Shown here: in pieces, positions 14,302 to 27,095 of the stretch | How positions within the stretch are numbered: the first letter of the stretch is position 1 | Layout of the letters: every line of letters begins with the position of its first letter | DNA from: Eledone cirrhosa | Lineage: Eukaryota | DNA length: 64,000 nucleotides | NCBI GenBank assembly: GCA_964016885.1 | Contig: OZ024741.1 | Span: 342,612,001-342,676,000 of the forward strand | Reading direction: 5' to 3' | Translations under genes and position numbers: made by a program | Notes under the pieces: generated by a model | Database searches by the model: none | Told to the model about the DNA's origin: nothing | The model's input: only the letters and a program-made list of their open reading frames with translations

Positions 14302-16160
14302 ATGGACGCTGCGTCCAGTACTAGAAGTGGTGGAGAGACGGTAAGAGTGTTAAGCTCGCAGTCATCTCCTCTCACCACCTCATTGAAAGACGTCGAAAAT
14401 GTCGTCAGTTTTGAAAACACGATGTCGAACGTTGATTGTAACATCAACACTAACACCAATAACATGAAAAATATAAACAACACCAACCAGAACAACAACA
14501 ACAACAATAACAACAATAATGACAACAAGAACAACAGCAAAAATGATAACAACAACACTACCAACAACAACAACAACACGAACAACTCCACGAACAAGGG
14601 AAAGATTTCTTTTGCTCAAACCGCACAAAAGACGGAACTGTTTACATACCTTGACATTTCCAATGCTAGGGAAATGTTAAGTGATGCAAAGCAGTATGCA
14701 ACTTTTGGTGAGAGTGGTGCTTTCAGCTTCACTTCTCCTCAACAGTTACGTAGAGAAACTGTTCTAAAAACAGTAATTTTTAGGACAGTTTCAAATGTGT
14801 CGAAAAAACCAGTTCAATTATCCCAAAACGACATTGAACTGGTTCTGAAGAATTCCATGAAGGATTTTGCCTTCATCCAAAAAGGTAAACCTTTTGGAAG
14901 CATTTCGGTGTTGTTGAAAGACCAATTGGCAGCACAAAAATATTCTGTGTCGCCGATTGTGTCCCCACTTACACCTTTTTCCTCACATATATGGGAAAAA
15001 GGACACAGAAGATAAAAATTTCGAACATTGCACCAAATGTAAACGTCTGGTGGATTCTAACTGGCTTCATCGATTTCGATGAAGACACCATCATTTCGGT
15101 GAGAAAGTCCTCCAGAGGCACATTCAATGGTACAAGCTTGAAACTTCTGGTCCAAATGAGGCCAGAACGGATAGCTAAAATACCCCAACGTGTGCCTCTG
15201 GATGGGATTTCACACATAAACATTTCTGTTGAGGGTAGGCGGCCTTCATGCTACCACTGTTTAAGCAGTGGTCACCTGAGGGCTTACTGTCCTCAGCTAA
15301 CTACAAAAAAGAGGCACTACTGCCAACACCCAAAACAACAACATAACCACCACCACCACCACCACCACAACCAGAACCAAAACAACAACAACAGCAACAG
15401 CAACAACAACAACAACACGCAAACATAACCAAAACAAGAACAACAAACCAAACTGCAATCACAGTCCCACCCAACCCCACTTCACCTAAAACCACTGCAT
15501 AAACAGCCACAAACACAACAGCTCCCCAAAACAAACCCCTTTCAAATAACATAGACACCACAACGGGCGAGGCTCCCTCGTCATCACTCAGTGATGATGA
15601 GGGAGACCCTTCCGCGCCAAAAAAAAAAAAAGAAAAAAAGACATAACACGAACAAAAAGGCAACAAACACACAACCACCAACACAAACAACACAAACATT
15701 ACAAACAAAAATCCCCCCTCCCGAAAACAAAACAATGACAACACTCCAAACACAAATACCCACAACAAAACGAAAACACACACAAGAACAACGGACAAAA
15801 ACTAACACGACACAACAAAAATATTATACATACATAAACACTGACAATGAAACCTTGATGGATGTCATCTCCAAAAACCCTTCCGTGGAAACCAAAGGAA
15901 AATATTTTACCAAATGCAAAGACAAACCTAATTTAAGGATGATTAGGGTCCCTACGGACACCTATAAGTCCTTAAAGGAAAACTTTGCTGAGGACGTGGG
16001 GAATATGTGTGTTAAACCAACGAACCGCGTCCTCTTGAAACGTTCCCCCCCACCAAACATCTCCGTCCCCATCCCGCCAGAAACCACCACCCTACCAAAC
16101 AACCCCTCCAACACCCACATGGAGTTTGTGCAGCCTGGTCCCCAGGAGACGAAGAGGTGA
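14302..16160 (+). pseudogene. LINE ORF1p (gag-like nucleic-acid-binding protein), frameshifted
   Basis: Pieces 14248-15015, 14991-15428 and 15591-16160. Contains SFAQTA, the CYHCLSSGHLRAYC CCHC knuckle, Asn/Thr low-complexity stretches and a basic K-run. Confidence 0.85.
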
Positions 16161-16193
16161 GTGATTTATTTTCCCCTTCTTTTAACTTTTCAG
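16157..16193 (+). other. Putative 37-nt GT-AG intron spanning the ORF1 stop
   Basis: GAG|GTGAGT...ttttccccttcttttaacttttCAG|CACCAACATG. Removal gives K-S-T-N-M(ORF2) in frame. Confidence 0.55.
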
Positions 16194-16200
16194 CACCAAC

Positions 16201-19200
16201 ATGGCCAATATAAGAGTTGGATGTGTGAATGTACGCGGCCTGGGGATGCCCTGGAAACAGGGCAAACGCTTAAACAACCTCAGGTCGCACAGTATGGATG
16301 TAGTAGCCATTTGCGAGTCCAGGATCCACAGCGAGCGACAGCTGGCCCCCATCTTCGACGACTTTGATATCTACGCATCTCTCTGTCAGCCGGGAGGTGT
16401 GGCGGGGTTGCCGTTTTGCTGCGGAAACACCTGGACTTCGTAACACAGACGATACATCTGGACTCGGAGGGTCGACTGGTGGTCCTAGACGTTGACGGTA
16501 GTGAAGGTGGAGCCTTCAGGCTGGTGGCCGCGTATGCCCCATCCGGGACACCGCGGCCAGACTTCTTCAAACGCCTAGAGACTTTTCTGGGAACGTGCCG
16601 CTCCTTGCTTTTAGTGGGGGACTGGAATAGAATCCTAGATGCACGTTGGGACTATGTGGGAGCATGTCCCGATAAAGGGGTGTGTAACAGCCTCAAACAG
16701 TTAATCGGCCGATTTGACCTGGCCGATAGATATCGACTAGATTTATCTGACTGTGTCACTGTGGACGTGGACTAATCGCAGCGGAACATCTAGATTGAAC
16801 CTAGATAGGGTTCTAGTTAGAAATAAAGATAGGGACATGTTAAGCTGTCCACAAATGTTCATGGTTGCCTATTCAGATCACAAACTAGTAACCTGCATGG
16901 TCAACCTTGATAGAACCCATAGACAAGGACCCGGCTACTGGAAGCTGAACTTGTCGTTACCAACATGCAAAGCCTACAGTAGACGGATTAGCACCTTAGT
17001 TAAACAGCACTTGACAGGGGCCATTGTCAACAACAGATGGTGGTACTCTCTCAAGAGGGCAGTTAGATTAGACTCGTTAGTTTTTAGTAAAGAATTAGCG
17101 TTAAATAGAAATAGGACCGAGAAGGAACTGATAGATAAAGTAGAAGAGGCAATTAGAAGTGGCAACGTAGCCAGCGTGCTAGCAACGAGAACGGCATTAG
17201 ACCAGTTCTTCGACGCAAAGCACGAGGGATGCGTTGTCAGAAGCAAAATACGTGCTCTGGGTAACGAGGGAGCCAAAGCTGTTAGCTGGGCCCGGGTGAC
17301 AGAGACAAAAAGTGGCAACAAGTCCACGATTCGGTCTTTGAAGGACCAAGACGGACGCGTGATACGTGAGCCGAAGCAGATGTGCGTGGCCTTTCAGCGG
17401 CACTTTGCTCAGCTGTTCGCGCAGGGCGGCGCGCCGGGAGAGGCTATGGATTTCGGTCCATACCTCGACGGCCTACCGCGACTCTCGGACAGCGAGGCGA
17501 AGTTCTGCGAAAAGCCAATTTCAGCCCCTGAGATAGGGACGAGCTGAGCCAATGCGGCAAACGCAAATCTCCAGGTTTCGACGGTCTACCCTACGAATTT
17601 TACGTAGCAATGCCGGACTTGTTCTCCGGTCTCCTGGAAGCGGTCTACTGCAACTGGCAGCAGAACGGGAGAATTCCCAGTTCTGTGACCAGGGGCGTAG
17701 TCACACTAGTCAGGAAGGACGAGAATAAGGGCGATGACATAGGTAACTTCCGGCCCATAACTCTTGCTAAACACAGAGTTACAGATTTTGTCCAAGGTGT
17801 TGGCAAAGAGGCTGGCGCTTGTCGTCGAAAACCTGATGGGAGAAGCGCAGACATGCGCAATCCCGACCAGGTCCATACACGGCAACCTCCACCTCATGCG
17901 ATACATCATAGAGAGGGTTGGGTGTAAACCCGGTTTCGGTGGGGCCCTGATCAACTTGGATCAGTCTAAGGCTTTTGATAGGGTTGACCATCGTTACCTG
18001 GATGCGGTGCTCGAGGCGGCAGGCCTCGGACCCGTGTTCAGGGGCTGGATTGCTGCAATGTACAACAGCAACATCTGCTCAAGGGTCAAGGTGAATGGCT
18101 ATCTCTCAGAGCCGTTCCATATCATACGATCCATTCGACAGGGATTCCCTCTCTCCTCCCTTCTGTACGTACTGACTCTCGAGCCACTACTGCCGAAGCT
18201 GGAGCTATTGCAGGGCATCCCTTTGGAACCGGGACTGCGGAAAGCGGCGTCGGCCTACGCCGACGACGTGACACTAATGGTGTCGAGCACCTCGCAAATC
18301 GAGGAAGTTAGCACCTTACTGAGGGAATACGAAAGGTTCACAGGAGCGAAGCTGAACCGGGACAAGTCCATCGGTTTGCAACTCGGATCGTGGAGAGGCA
18401 GACCGATGCCTTCCGATGGCGTCGTCGGACGCTGGACGGAAGGACCGGTAAAGCTGCTCGGGGTCTGGTTTGGACCGGACCTCCAGGTGGAGAAGAACTG
18501 GAACGAGGTGACGGCCAAGGTGTTTGCACTCACCCAGAAGTGGGCCGAGTGCAAACTATCCTTGAAAGGTCGAGCGGAGGTGGCGAACACTTTTATAGCG
18601 TCCGCCATCTACTACCGCTTGACCGTCGTGCCTTGTCCAGCCAAAACGCTCACCAAAATGGAGCGCGCGCTCTTCCAATTCCTTTGGAAGAAGCGGGCTC
18701 CTTTGGTGAGAAGATCCATCTGCTGCCAACACCCTTCAAACGGAGGGCTGGGGGTGCCGTAGCTGACGATGCGCAAACACGCGCTCAGGCTGCAGCACCT
18801 CTACGTATTCCTCACCAGACAACCGGTGTCGGCCCCGTTCGTGAGGCGAGCTTGCCCACGACTCGTCTCGCTGACCGATCTGCAGTCCTGGGTCAAGAAA
18901 AGACCGAGGAAAATGGGCGACTGGCACATCGAATGTGCTCAGGCGCACACAGCCCTCTGGCAGGCGGATCCGGCGATCAGTGGAGACTCCACTTCGTAAT
19001 TCTATAGAGGGTTGGTCTGCAGCAAGTGCGACGACGCGCTCGGAGAAACTCTAGGCGGAGAGGAAGACGGACTGGCCATTCTGTTCCGTAGAACCTTCCG
19101 CACGGGACCGATGGACAACTTCCAAAAGTCCCTGGCCTGGCAGTGCTACCGAGGAGCTCTACCAGTTCGAGACAAGCTCTACAGACACGGGCGCCCGGGC

Positions 19201-19633
19201 AGGGACCCTTCGAAAAAGATCTGTCCGAGATGCATGCGCGATGAGGATACCGTCGCGCACGCATTTGTACACTGCCCGGGCGTTACCGACCTGTGGGGCT
19301 ATGTAGAACGACTATTGTCACGGGTGGGACCAGTCCAGTTGACCACCGAGTCCATTGTCATGATCAAACCGCCACCCTCCTTCAAAAACGAAGGCGGTTT
19401 TCCTTTGTGTGATAACTATGGCGAAAGAGGTTGTATGGTGGACGAGGTTAAAAGGGCTGAGGTCAGACACCTTTCTCTCCGGCCAACAACTGATTCTTCT
19501 TTTCAAATACCACTTTGGAAGAAGAATCAGGATGGAGAGAGAGGTGCTGTACCCCAGCAAGTTTTATGAAAGGTGGGTGAAAGTGGCGAGAATGGCCCGA
19601 GTGAATGGGCCTTCTCTCTATATCAGCCTGTAG
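16201..19633 (+). pseudogene. LINE ORF2p (APE endonuclease + reverse transcriptase), multiple frameshifts and stops
   Basis: MANIRVGCVNVRGL, VGDWN, SDHK, GPGYWKLN, FRPITL, LDQSKAFDRVDH, IRQG, AYADD, CPRC..HAFVHC. Confidence 0.95.
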
Positions 19634-20297
19634 GTTGAGGAAAAGGAGGAAGAGAGGAAAGGGGTAGAAACTCTTCGTACTCCTGGAGATGAGGGTTGCA
19701 CATTTTTTTCGGGGGTATGTGTTACCTATATGAAATGTCTCCCCCTATTGGGAAAAATTGATTAACTTTTCAATTGCATTTATGATAATTGTTTACACGT
19801 TTTTATTGTATGTAAACTTCCCCCTTTGTATTTGTCCCCTTCTTTTGTGCCCCTGTGGCTAATAAAGAAACATATCTATCTATCTATCTCGATCATCGGT
19901 TTTTTTCCCTTTTCTTTGAGTGTTATCACGTCATCTAGGTGGATAGTTTGAGGATTTAAAGTTGAGAGACGACGGGAGAAGTTTGAGCACGACCTATTAC
20001 GTATTGGGATCGTAGTCCCTGCTGATAATAATAGCTTTACTAAGTTAATTATATAGAAGCCATGGATTATGACAGCTGCAGCTTGATAACGTCTGTCTTC
20101 TTCATTTATTGGCTCTTGCGGTTCAGTTCGGTTTGCCGAGTTTGGGAAGGTGGGCAGACCGCATTAAGTTTGCTGAATTTGGATGGTTGGTCGCAGGTTG
20201 GTTTAGCAGGAGTCATGTGTGCAGGCTGGCGTTCGGTTAAAAGCGTTTGCTAAGTGTTTTGTGTACTGATTGGACCAACAACGGTCATACTATATAT

Positions 20298-20590
20298 ATT
20301 CTCAGAAAATGCAGAACATCCGAAAAGCAGAAAAATCACTTTAGAGAGTGTCGATTGCTATAAAGAATAGCGTAAGAATATTGGGTAAAATATCTCTATA
20401 AACGGAAAAAGTGGCTGCTGCAGAGAATCGAACTAGATACCTCTCAAATTCTTGCACAGAGTTCGATTCTTTGCAGCACCTGCTGGGCACTTTTTTCGTT
20501 TATAGAGGTATTTTACACGATTTTCTCCAGATAATATTTATAGCAACCGACAGTATTCTGCGTTTGAGATTTTCTACATTTTCTGAGAAT
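20298..20590. repeat. Degenerate long inverted repeat (fold-back)
   Basis: attctcagaaaatg...ctctataaacggaaaaagtg...gctgcagagaatcgaact pairs with agttcgattctttgcagc...cacttttttcgtttatagag...cattttctgagaat. Confidence 0.7.
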
Positions 20591-20626
20591 TTCAATCCAC
20601 AACGCTTCGATGGTTTATTTTGACAC

Positions 20627-21020
20627 AAACTCATAGCGAATGGTCTTCAAAATGTTTATAAATAAATATACATTATATTATCAAATATACTATACATACA
20701 TTCATACATTCATCGCTATTTCAGAGCACTGATACTAATTCCTAATTTTTGCTCGGCTGGCAACTGCTCTGTTTAATCAGCTCTTAAACATCACTGGAAT
20801 TCTATAAGAATCCAACTTCTATAAGTCTCGGCAGAAGCGAAGAGATATTCAATCTTGATAAACGCTAACGTGCGAGAAACAACTGTCGGTTGCTTCCCTT
20901 TGTTTTTGCCGAGACTAAGTAAGTGACATAGTCACTACTTTAAAACTCATAGCGAATGGCCTTCTAAATGTTTTAAATTAAACATACAGTATATTATCAA
21001 ATATACTATACATACATTCA
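20627..21020 (+). mobile_element. ~315-nt unit bounded by ~78-bp direct repeats with a degenerate HHR (PLE/retrozyme-like)
   Basis: aaactcatagcgaatgg...atactatacatacattca at about 20627 and 20943. HHR-like CAAUC-UUGAUAA-ACGC..GCGA-GAAAC-AACU-GUC-GGUUG at 20850-20892. Confidence 0.6.
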
Positions 21021-21119
21021 CACATATATGCATTTGTGCATTTATTATTACAGTCATCTGCGCTGGGACGACTATATTTGAAATACACGCGCACATTTAT
21101 ATATAGGCAAACAGAAATA

Positions 21120-22070
21120 ACAAAGCCAACGACACAGTAAAAGAAGAAATATATTTTTAGTTTTACGCTTGATATAGTAGGAAAAGAGTCTTAACGTTTC
21201 GGACACTAGTCCTTCATCAGAAAATAGAATGAGAAATTAAAGAAGAAATAAAAAGACAGAGGAGAGTGGGCAGTGGTAGATACGAGAAAAGAAATTATCA
21301 GAGTAAAAACAGTTCTATTCAAGTCGCCATATCTTGGAAAACACACGCACCTGCTTTATTGCTGCCAATAAAAACACACGCACCTGTTGGTTTTCACTCC
21401 AATTTATTATAAATGTTGCATTTTGGCATTTTGGTGGAGTACTGATGAGTTCTCCCCCATCTTGAAATTCTCGTCAGTGTTCATTTATACTTTCTTCTAC
21501 GCTACAGGCTGTCTCACCTATGTAAGTTGTGTTCCTATTCCTACACTCTCCCTAAGTACAACTTATGCTATATACTACATTCCTAGTTTTGCAGTTACAT
21601 GTAGGCTTACTTTTCAGACTATACATTTCCTATCAGTGCAGGGGCTTTTCTCAAAAGGTTATATTCTACTAATTAGGGCTTTAATGGAAATACCTGGCTT
21701 TTCAGCTATCTTAATATTTAATTTTAGTTTGTCTAAAGCCCTTCTAAATCTGTAAGCTAGGGCGCCTCTGGGGGTTGCATTGACGAACATTACACTCTGG
21801 TATTTATTGCTGTCATACCACAAGTTGACTTTATTAGTCTTCTTCTTAATTCTTTTTATCTTATTCTATAATTTATTCCTATACATGGGGCAAGTCCTAT
21901 TTGCATTAATTTCTACAATATTCGTCCATTTGGCCATGGCTCCTTTATACACCCTGATCCTATCTCTCTAATTGTAGTCAAAGAACTGCATGCGGTGGAT
22001 GAAGTGCTGTATGTATCTCTCGAATTCTTTAGGATTACATATGCAGGACATATTCCTCATCACTCTTACT
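21120..22070 (-). mobile_element. Penelope-like element 3' part: RT thumb, GIY-YIG endonuclease remnant and HHR-bearing terminus
   Basis: Minus strand ...SVMFVNATPRGALA...KIAEKPGISIK...CNCKTRNVVYSISC..TTYIGETAC..EH. HHR core CUGAUGA-AGGACUAGUGUCC-GAAAC-GUUA at about 21187-21225. Confidence 0.85.
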
Positions 22071-22079
22071 AAATCAAAG

Positions 22080-22310
22080 CGACTAACCCAGGCTCTGCTG
22101 CACTTCGGGCTGAGGAGGGTAAACTCTCAAAATATCGGTCGCTCTCCGACAGGTTTGCGGTCGAGTCCGTAGCAGTGGAAACTTCTGGTGTCCTTGGCCC
22201 TAGGGTCACCGCCCTACTCACCACTATCGACACAGAGTTGGCTACCCGCAGGTATAAGTCTGGCAAGCTGGAATGGCTCTTCCAGCGCATCTCCCTCACC
22301 ATCCCCTTCT
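22080..22310 (+). mobile_element. CRE-like/RLE non-LTR retrotransposon C-terminal fragment
   Basis: GSAALRAEEGKLSKYRSL...VAVETSGVLGP...WLFQRISLTI is a typical RLE C-terminal pattern. Confidence 0.75.
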
Positions 22311-22689
22311 CTATTTTGTCCGCCGGGGCCACAGGGCGGCCAGAGAGTGGGCCCCCATTTGCTCATACTAGTGAGAGATTAGGAGAGCGGGAGACACGGA
22401 GGCAGTGACAGTGGGAGTTTGTGTTGGGACCCGGTGTATATGTATATGTTTCACAGACACACACTCACACATACTTTCATGTTATTCGAAATGGCTGAGT
22501 TTCGGTGGATCTGGTATGGGAGGCCAGGGATTTGGCATAATGCGAATGTGCTTTATTACTGATGGTTTCTAACCAGAGTTCTGTGTCTAGTACAGGTAAT
22601 CTATCGTTGTGGGTGTTTAGTTGGGTAGTCTATTATAACTTTAATACTCTGGTGGATGGAGTTAGTTATTTGCTATCTTATAAATACCA

Positions 22690-22738
22690 GTAATGTACCA
22701 GTAATTGCTGGCCTTGTGCCAAAAGTAGAAACAATATT
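22690..22738 (-). mobile_element. SINE-like repeat fragment
   Basis: Reverse complement of aattgtttctacttttggcacaaggccagcaattactggtac. Confidence 0.8.
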
Positions 22739-22835
22739 ATATTATATATCATATCTCACACACACACACACACATACACACGTGCACACACACACACACA
22801 TACACACGTGCACACACACACGTACACACACACAC

Positions 22836-22922
<87 letters not shown>

Positions 22923-23635
22923 AATATATATCCCTCTCTCTCTATGTATATATATATATATATGTTTGGTGGCAACTATATAGTTTTATGAATTGTGCAA
23001 ATGTACGTGACTTCAAATGGGGTTCTTATCTGAGCAAAACATTTCAGCACTGTGTGTACATAAAATATGGAAGTGTGCATGTTTATGGTTTTATGGTGAA
23101 ACACATAGCAAGCATGTTACACATGTGTGATATTAAGCCTGTATGTATATACGAGTGTTGCTTTTTTTATGTTTATGAACGGCTCTTTATGGGTTAAGTT
23201 CTAATCACACTGAAGAAAATTTCACCATTTATTTTTCCGGGGTCAAGTCAAGTACTGAGGTCAATTTTATCATCCATAGCTTATTCCCAAAATTGCGTAA
23301 ATGTAAGAAATCATTATTATTCGTAGTTGGTTGACACAAGATTGAAATCGGTTACCCATATTTCTTATGAAAACACGATTGCCTATGATTTTCAAATAAT
23401 TTTGAAATTAATCGAAAATTTGAAGGGATTTAATAATATATATAATTTTCTCGTAATTAAGGTGGTGTTTGGAACAGAACTTAACAAAGGTGATTTTGAA
23501 AATAATCGAGAATTTGAAAGGATTTAGTAGTATAACTAACTGTTACGTTATTAATTGGTGTTTGGAACAGAACTTAATAAAGTTTCTCACATAAAATTAC
23601 GAGAGATTGTTTTTTGCGATAAATATCATATAAAC

Positions 23636-23863
23636 CAGGCATGTCAAACTGAGGATCTCCGAGCGCCACATGGTTCACATATGTGTTGTCTGAGGGCCCG
23701 AGGGCCACATGGGTCACATATGTGTTGTCTGAGAACGACACATAACAACTAATTGCGCACATTACAACTAATATTTTTTTAATTTTATACTACACTCGCG
23801 CTGTAAAAACCTTTGTGCGGGCCGCTGGTGTACTTGTAAAGGGCTACATGTTTGGTATGCCTG
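23636..23863. mobile_element. hAT MITE with perfect 8-bp TSD
   Basis: TIRs CAGGCATGTCAAAC / GTTTGGTATGCCTG, TSD ATATAAAC at 23628-23635 and 23864-23871, and an internal ~30-bp duplication. Confidence 0.9.
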
Positions 23864-24308
23864 ATATAAACGGTTTAAAACAACCGGACGTGTAACATGG
23901 AAGGGTGGTTCAGGGTGGTGGTTGTGGTATCAAAAGAGTTAAGGCGATAGGCGAGAAATCCTATACGGATAATACCTGCAGATGTTCGAATCTTATTGGC
24001 ATTACTGGTAACGTTGAAGGCAAAACTTGTTGGAAACATTACAATACCGCAGTAAAGGTCAGATAGAATTTAGTACAGGATTTGAGTCTAAGATCTCTCA
24101 CCTTTCATCTTTGCACCATCAAGAAGATCAATACCAGTTAGTGTATTGATCGAATACATACATATATACATACATATATACATACATATATACATATACA
24201 TACATACATAGATATATACATATATATATACATACATATATACATATACATACATACATAGATGTATACATATATATATACATACATGCATATATTTCTA
24301 TACTTTTC

Positions 24309-24402
<94 letters not shown>

Positions 24403-24627
24403 ATATATGTATATATGTGTATATGTATATATGTATATATATATGAATGAATACATACATATATACATACATATATACATATACATACATACATATATAC
24501 ATATACATACATAGATATACATACATAGATATATGAATACATATATATACATACATACATGCATATACGTATATATATATGCATGTATGTATGTATATAC
24601 ATGTATATATGTGTATATGTATATATG

Positions 24628-24677
<50 letters not shown>

Positions 24678-24950
24678 GATATATAGACATACACACACAC
24701 ATATACAAACACATATATATATATATATATTGGGTCGTCTAGTATGAAAGTTGTAGAAATTTGTAATAGAAAAACAAATTTCTGCACATTTCATACTTGA
24801 TGACCTAATATATATATATATATACACACACATATACATATATATATATATATAAACACACACACACATACATATATATATATATGTACATACATATATG
24901 TATATGTGTGCGTGTTTGTCTGTTTATATATATATATATATATATATATA

Positions 24951-25136
24951 ACGAAGGAAATGTGGTTAGGAACCAGGTGGACCATAACGCACCAAAGTAC
25001 TCAATACTTAGGGTAGTAAAGTGGGTAATAGGAACGAGTAGGACCCCGACGGCTGAGCTCAAGCCGTTTCGACGGCTAATTTTGGACTCTGTCGAAACGA
25101 CTTGAGCTCAGCCGTCGGGGTCCTACTTGTTCCTAT
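24951..25136 (-). mobile_element. Fold-back PLE-type end (ggaccccgacggctgagctc family), copy 2
   Basis: Same hairpin and tail as 11594 and 58385, reverse orientation, inside (TA)n. Confidence 0.85.
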
Positions 25137-25144
25137 ATATACAT

Positions 25145-25177
<33 letters not shown>

Positions 25178-25474
25178 AACACACACACACATATATATAT
25201 ATATATGTACATACATACATATATATATATATGTGTGCGTGTTTGTGTGTTTATATATGTATATGCATATTCCCATATATACGTTAAAGTTTATAAACAA
25301 GAGGGAAATTTTGTTTCTCAAAGTAGTGTGCAATTATTTATTATACGTAGTATAGAAATTATTCTCATTGCTGACCAGTGTTTCTGATGAATGCGAAGTA
25401 TCATGAAACTCAGAAGCATATAATTTAATATGAGATAATATAACATAGTAAAATAGAATATAACATGATTTAAT

Positions 25475-25670
25475 ATAATTGTTTATACTTTTGGCACAAG
25501 GCCAGCAATTATCCCAGTGTATTACTGGTATTTTAATTTATCGATCCCGTAAGGATGAAAGGCAAAGTTAACCTCGGCGGGATTTGAACTCAGATCGTAA
25601 AGGGACGGAACTCTTTGCATCAAAAGCATGGCGTCCGACCCTCTACTGATACTGCCAGTTCACCGCCCTT
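25475..25670 (+). mobile_element. SINE-like dispersed repeat copy
   Basis: Full match to the family consensus. Confidence 0.85.
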
Positions 25671-25741
25671 ATGATGATTTAATATAATGGTTAGTAAAAC
25701 ATAATATAATATGATATAATATAATATAATTTTATATTATA

Positions 25742-26355
25742 CTAGCAGTAAAGCCCGGCGTTGCTCGGGGTCGCTCAGTAGCTGTGTTAAAGTTACAATG
25801 TTAAGTTTCTTTTTTGGCTTAAAGTCTGTCTGCACGCCTAACGAAATTTACAGATACATATATTTTAAATAAACTTATATAATTTTTGCTTTTTTTTACG
25901 AAATATTTGCTTGTTTTACGTAGTCTTTAAATAGACTTGTTTTCAAGTAAAAATATTGTTTTAAAATGCTTTTAAATGGAAATGAAGCAAAACGGAAGCT
26001 TAGTTTTCGAACTGATGAATTTTGCAGGTCAATATTTTGCTGGCTCGACAACTGTTCGTGTATTGTGTTAATGTCATTTTAAACGCTGAGAAAGCCAGCG
26101 TAATTTTTTACGTAAGACGCTCAATGTAAACAGAACAAAGGGAAATAACTGATAACTTACGCTCAAAAATCGATACGTTATATTCGATTTCGTCACATAG
26201 GGTGGGTCAATTTGAAATATTTTTTTTCCGATGTCTTCGCTAGGGCTCAATGTACAAGTATAGCAATTTCGGTGCAATTCTGTCAGAGATTCTAAGAGGA
26301 GATGTGTGCCAAAAATCGATAGACAGACAGACAACCACAGTTTTATATATATAGA
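25742..26355 (-). mobile_element. Non-autonomous Helitron
   Basis: Minus strand starts TCTATATATATAAAA...(TGTC)n and ends with the hairpin CCCGAGCAACGCCGGG followed by ...CTAG. Inserted between A and T. Confidence 0.8.
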
Positions 26356-26435
26356 TATACATAACAAAGAGGGTGTGGTAAGATGCCAGGTGGACAATAA
26401 CGCACCAGAGTACTCTTTTCCTATATATATATATA

Positions 26436-26632
26436 GTAATTGTTTCTACTTTTGGCACAAGGCCAGCAATTATCCCAGTGTATTACTGGTACTTTATTTT
26501 ATCGACCCCGTAAGGATGAAAGGCAAAGTTAACCTCGGCGGGATTTTAACTCAGAATGGCAAGGGCCGTAACTCTATGCGTCAAAGCATGGTGTGTCCGC
26601 TCCTCTACCGATACTGCCAATCCACCGCCCTA
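26436..26632 (+). mobile_element. SINE-like dispersed repeat copy
   Basis: Full match to the family consensus. Confidence 0.85.
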
Positions 26633-26756
26633 CCTGGTGAGTAATGGTCTAAATGGTTTTTATATATATAGTAATAATAATAAATTTGAAGACTAAAATC
26701 CAAAGAGGGCTCGATAAGGATAAATATATATCAAATATACAAGAACTGTAGAGCAA

Positions 26757-26884
26757 ATATTTATTAAAATAACAGATTAAAGTTTAAGCAAAGAATCGCT
26801 GCTTTTACCCTTAACGGGATCTTCTGAAGATCCCGTTAAGGGTGAAAGCAGCGATTCTTTGCTTAAACTTTAATCTGTTAATTA

Positions 26885-26892
<8 letters not shown>
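26757..26892. repeat. Near-perfect ~135-bp palindrome centred on an HHR-like core
   Basis: taacagattaaagtttaagcaaagaatcgctgctttt..cccttaacgggatcttc pairs with gaagatcccgttaagggtgaaagcagcgattctttgcttaaactttaatctgtta. The apex reads CTGAAGA-TCCC..GGGT-GAAA. Confidence 0.9.
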
Positions 26893-26920
<28 letters not shown>

Positions 26921-26924
<4 letters not shown>

Positions 26925-27095
26925 AATTCGGGACCCCGACGGCTGAGCTCCTGCCGTTTCAATAGCCAGATCCGAACTAGTCGTTGAAACGACATGAGCT
27001 TAGCCGTCGGGTTCCCGAATTTTTCATATTACCCAATCTACTACCCCAAGTAGTACTCTGGTGAGTAATGGTCTAACTGGTTTTTACCGCTTCCA
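26921..27095 (+). mobile_element. Fold-back PLE-type end, subfamily 2, copy 3
   Basis: gaaaaattcgggaccccgacggctgagctc...gccgtcgggttcccgaatttttc plus a tail shared with the 30475 copy. Confidence 0.8.

Larger units (their letters stand above)
14089..19890 (+). mobile_element. Near full-length, decayed L1/Tx1-clade LINE (family A)
   Basis: ORF1 with a zinc knuckle, ORF2 with APE endonuclease, RT and C-terminal CCHC. AATAAA at 19861 and a (TATC)n tail. Candidate TSD TCTCGAT at 14082-14088 and 19887-19893. Confidence 0.95.

Noticed and set aside
14220-15808. Minus-strand hydrophobic/Cys-rich ORFs
   Set aside because: Antisense shadows of the A/C-rich LINE ORF1.
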